A stretch of 64,000 nucleotides of DNA, taken from contig NC_073379.1 in NCBI RefSeq assembly GCF_028641065.1, positions 33,046,001 to 33,110,000 on the forward strand, read 5' to 3'. The stretch is from Leucoraja erinacea (Eukaryota). The notes under the pieces are model-generated. The model made no database searches, was not told the DNA's origin, and was given only the letters and a program-made list of their open reading frames with translations. The stretch's first letter is position 1. Each line of letters begins with the position of its first letter. Shown here piece after piece: positions 62,799-64,000 of the stretch. The position numbers and the translations under genes were made by a program.

Positions 62799-63578
62799 TG
62801 GGCCTGTCCCACTTCGGTGACTTTTTTAGGCGAATGCAGGAGACTCTCCGCTCACCAAATGGTCGCCACGTGTTTACTGGTGGTCTCTGGTGAGTCTCCT
62901 TCATGGTCACGAGCAGTTCCCGCATTCTGGGAACTAGTCGCAGCCTCATTATGGTCACCGCAAAATTTTCAACATGTTGAAACATTTTCTGCGACCAAAA
63001 ATTGGTCGCCATGGAATTAATCGATAATCCTGCAATCATAGGTGCAGTTGTAGTGGGGTTGCCATGTAGTTGTATGTAGTCGAGTTAGTCGTAGGTAGTT
63101 TTAGTTAATCACCTTTGCTGACCAGTCATTTTCAATGGCTCATTGAGGAAAAAAAACATAAGCAGTAGTTTTCAGGACCAAGGATAACCGACCGGCAATG
63201 GTAAATGTCCGCCGAACTGCACAGCCGTGTATCTCTGGCTTATAAAAAGTTGTCTGGCTTCTTAAAAGTTGTCTCCACTCCTTCTCCCCCCTTTCCCCCT
63301 CTCTTTTAAAGACTTACCGTACACTGTGCTAGCCGTCTTAATTAGAGCGCTAACCTTCCTGTTCATCGCGGTGTGTGTCTGTATCACCTTGGCTTTGCAC
63401 CATGTGAATTTCAGACAGCGCTCGCTCCGCTTGCACTTGCCCCACCTTTGCGATGTGTGTGTGTGTGTGTGTTATACTCTGACAGTCGCTGTTCCAGTTC
63501 CCAGTTTTTCAGGTGACTGCCAGCAATTTGACAGTCGCCGGCAGTCCGCTGAAAAATCGCCAAAGTGAGACAGGCCTG
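62799..63578. mobile_element. PIF/Harbinger-like MITE, longer variant
   Basis: GGGCCTGTCCCACTT / AAGTGAGACAGGCCT termini, TAA on both sides; reverse-complement homology to 42789-43765 plus about 350 extra internal bp. Confidence 0.85.
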
Positions 63579-64000
63579 TAACTCTCTTTGACTTGATAAA
63601 CGCTAAGACACAGATATGTGGTTGATGTCTCATATTGCTCACATCGAAACACTGATCCATCCAATGTTTTCACTGCATCTTTAAGGGAGAATGGATAAAC
63701 TGCAACTAATTAAGGAGAATGTTTGGCACATGTTAATGACAGTCTAAGCAAGAGCTTAGAATAGTAAAACTTGAGCATAGAAGCAAACACAAGTCTAACT
63801 TGGCCCTGAATTCTAGGAAGAACTCAAAGCATCACATTAACAACTGTGATAATGTAGTGAGATAAATGTTGTAGGTTTATAAACATCTCTTTCCAATAAT
63901 GTTACAAGTTTGTATTACATTACATGAACATAAGAGGATTTATCACAATAATAGGCAGTACAGTGCATTAAAAATATAATTTGTAATTGAAATAATGGTA

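Overview
Eukaryotic, AT-rich, repeat-dense window with no recognisable host protein-coding exon. The repeat repertoire (HER1-like CR1 LINE tails ending ...GAAGGGCCGAATGGCCTACTCCTGCACCTA...TTCTATG, HE1-like tRNA-derived SINEs, shark-type Penelope ends) points to a cartilaginous fish, probably a skate or ray (inference). Almost every listed ORF is transposon debris or low-complexity noise. Main elements: a DIRS tyrosine-recombinase retrotransposon with degenerate ORFs but complete terminal architecture (57378-62098); a non-autonomous Helitron (22216-23749); a Gypsy 5' LTR-PBS(tRNA-Trp)-gag-protease fragment; Hero (RLE), L2, RTE, CR1 and Penelope LINE remnants; a TA-flanked Tc1/mariner-type non-autonomous element carrying a tRNA-Met-like module and long hairpins; several PIF/Harbinger-like MITEs; and dispersed Penelope-end palindromes carrying minimal hammerhead-ribozyme-like cores. 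Several unique TAAT-rich blocks look like conserved non-coding enhancers. I found no clear-cut new biological system. The most unusual observations are the repeated mini-intron-like units in the DIRS leader, the hammerhead-bearing palindromes, and CR1 insertions that captured or duplicated nearby DNA. Coordinates of old, degenerate repeats are approximate.
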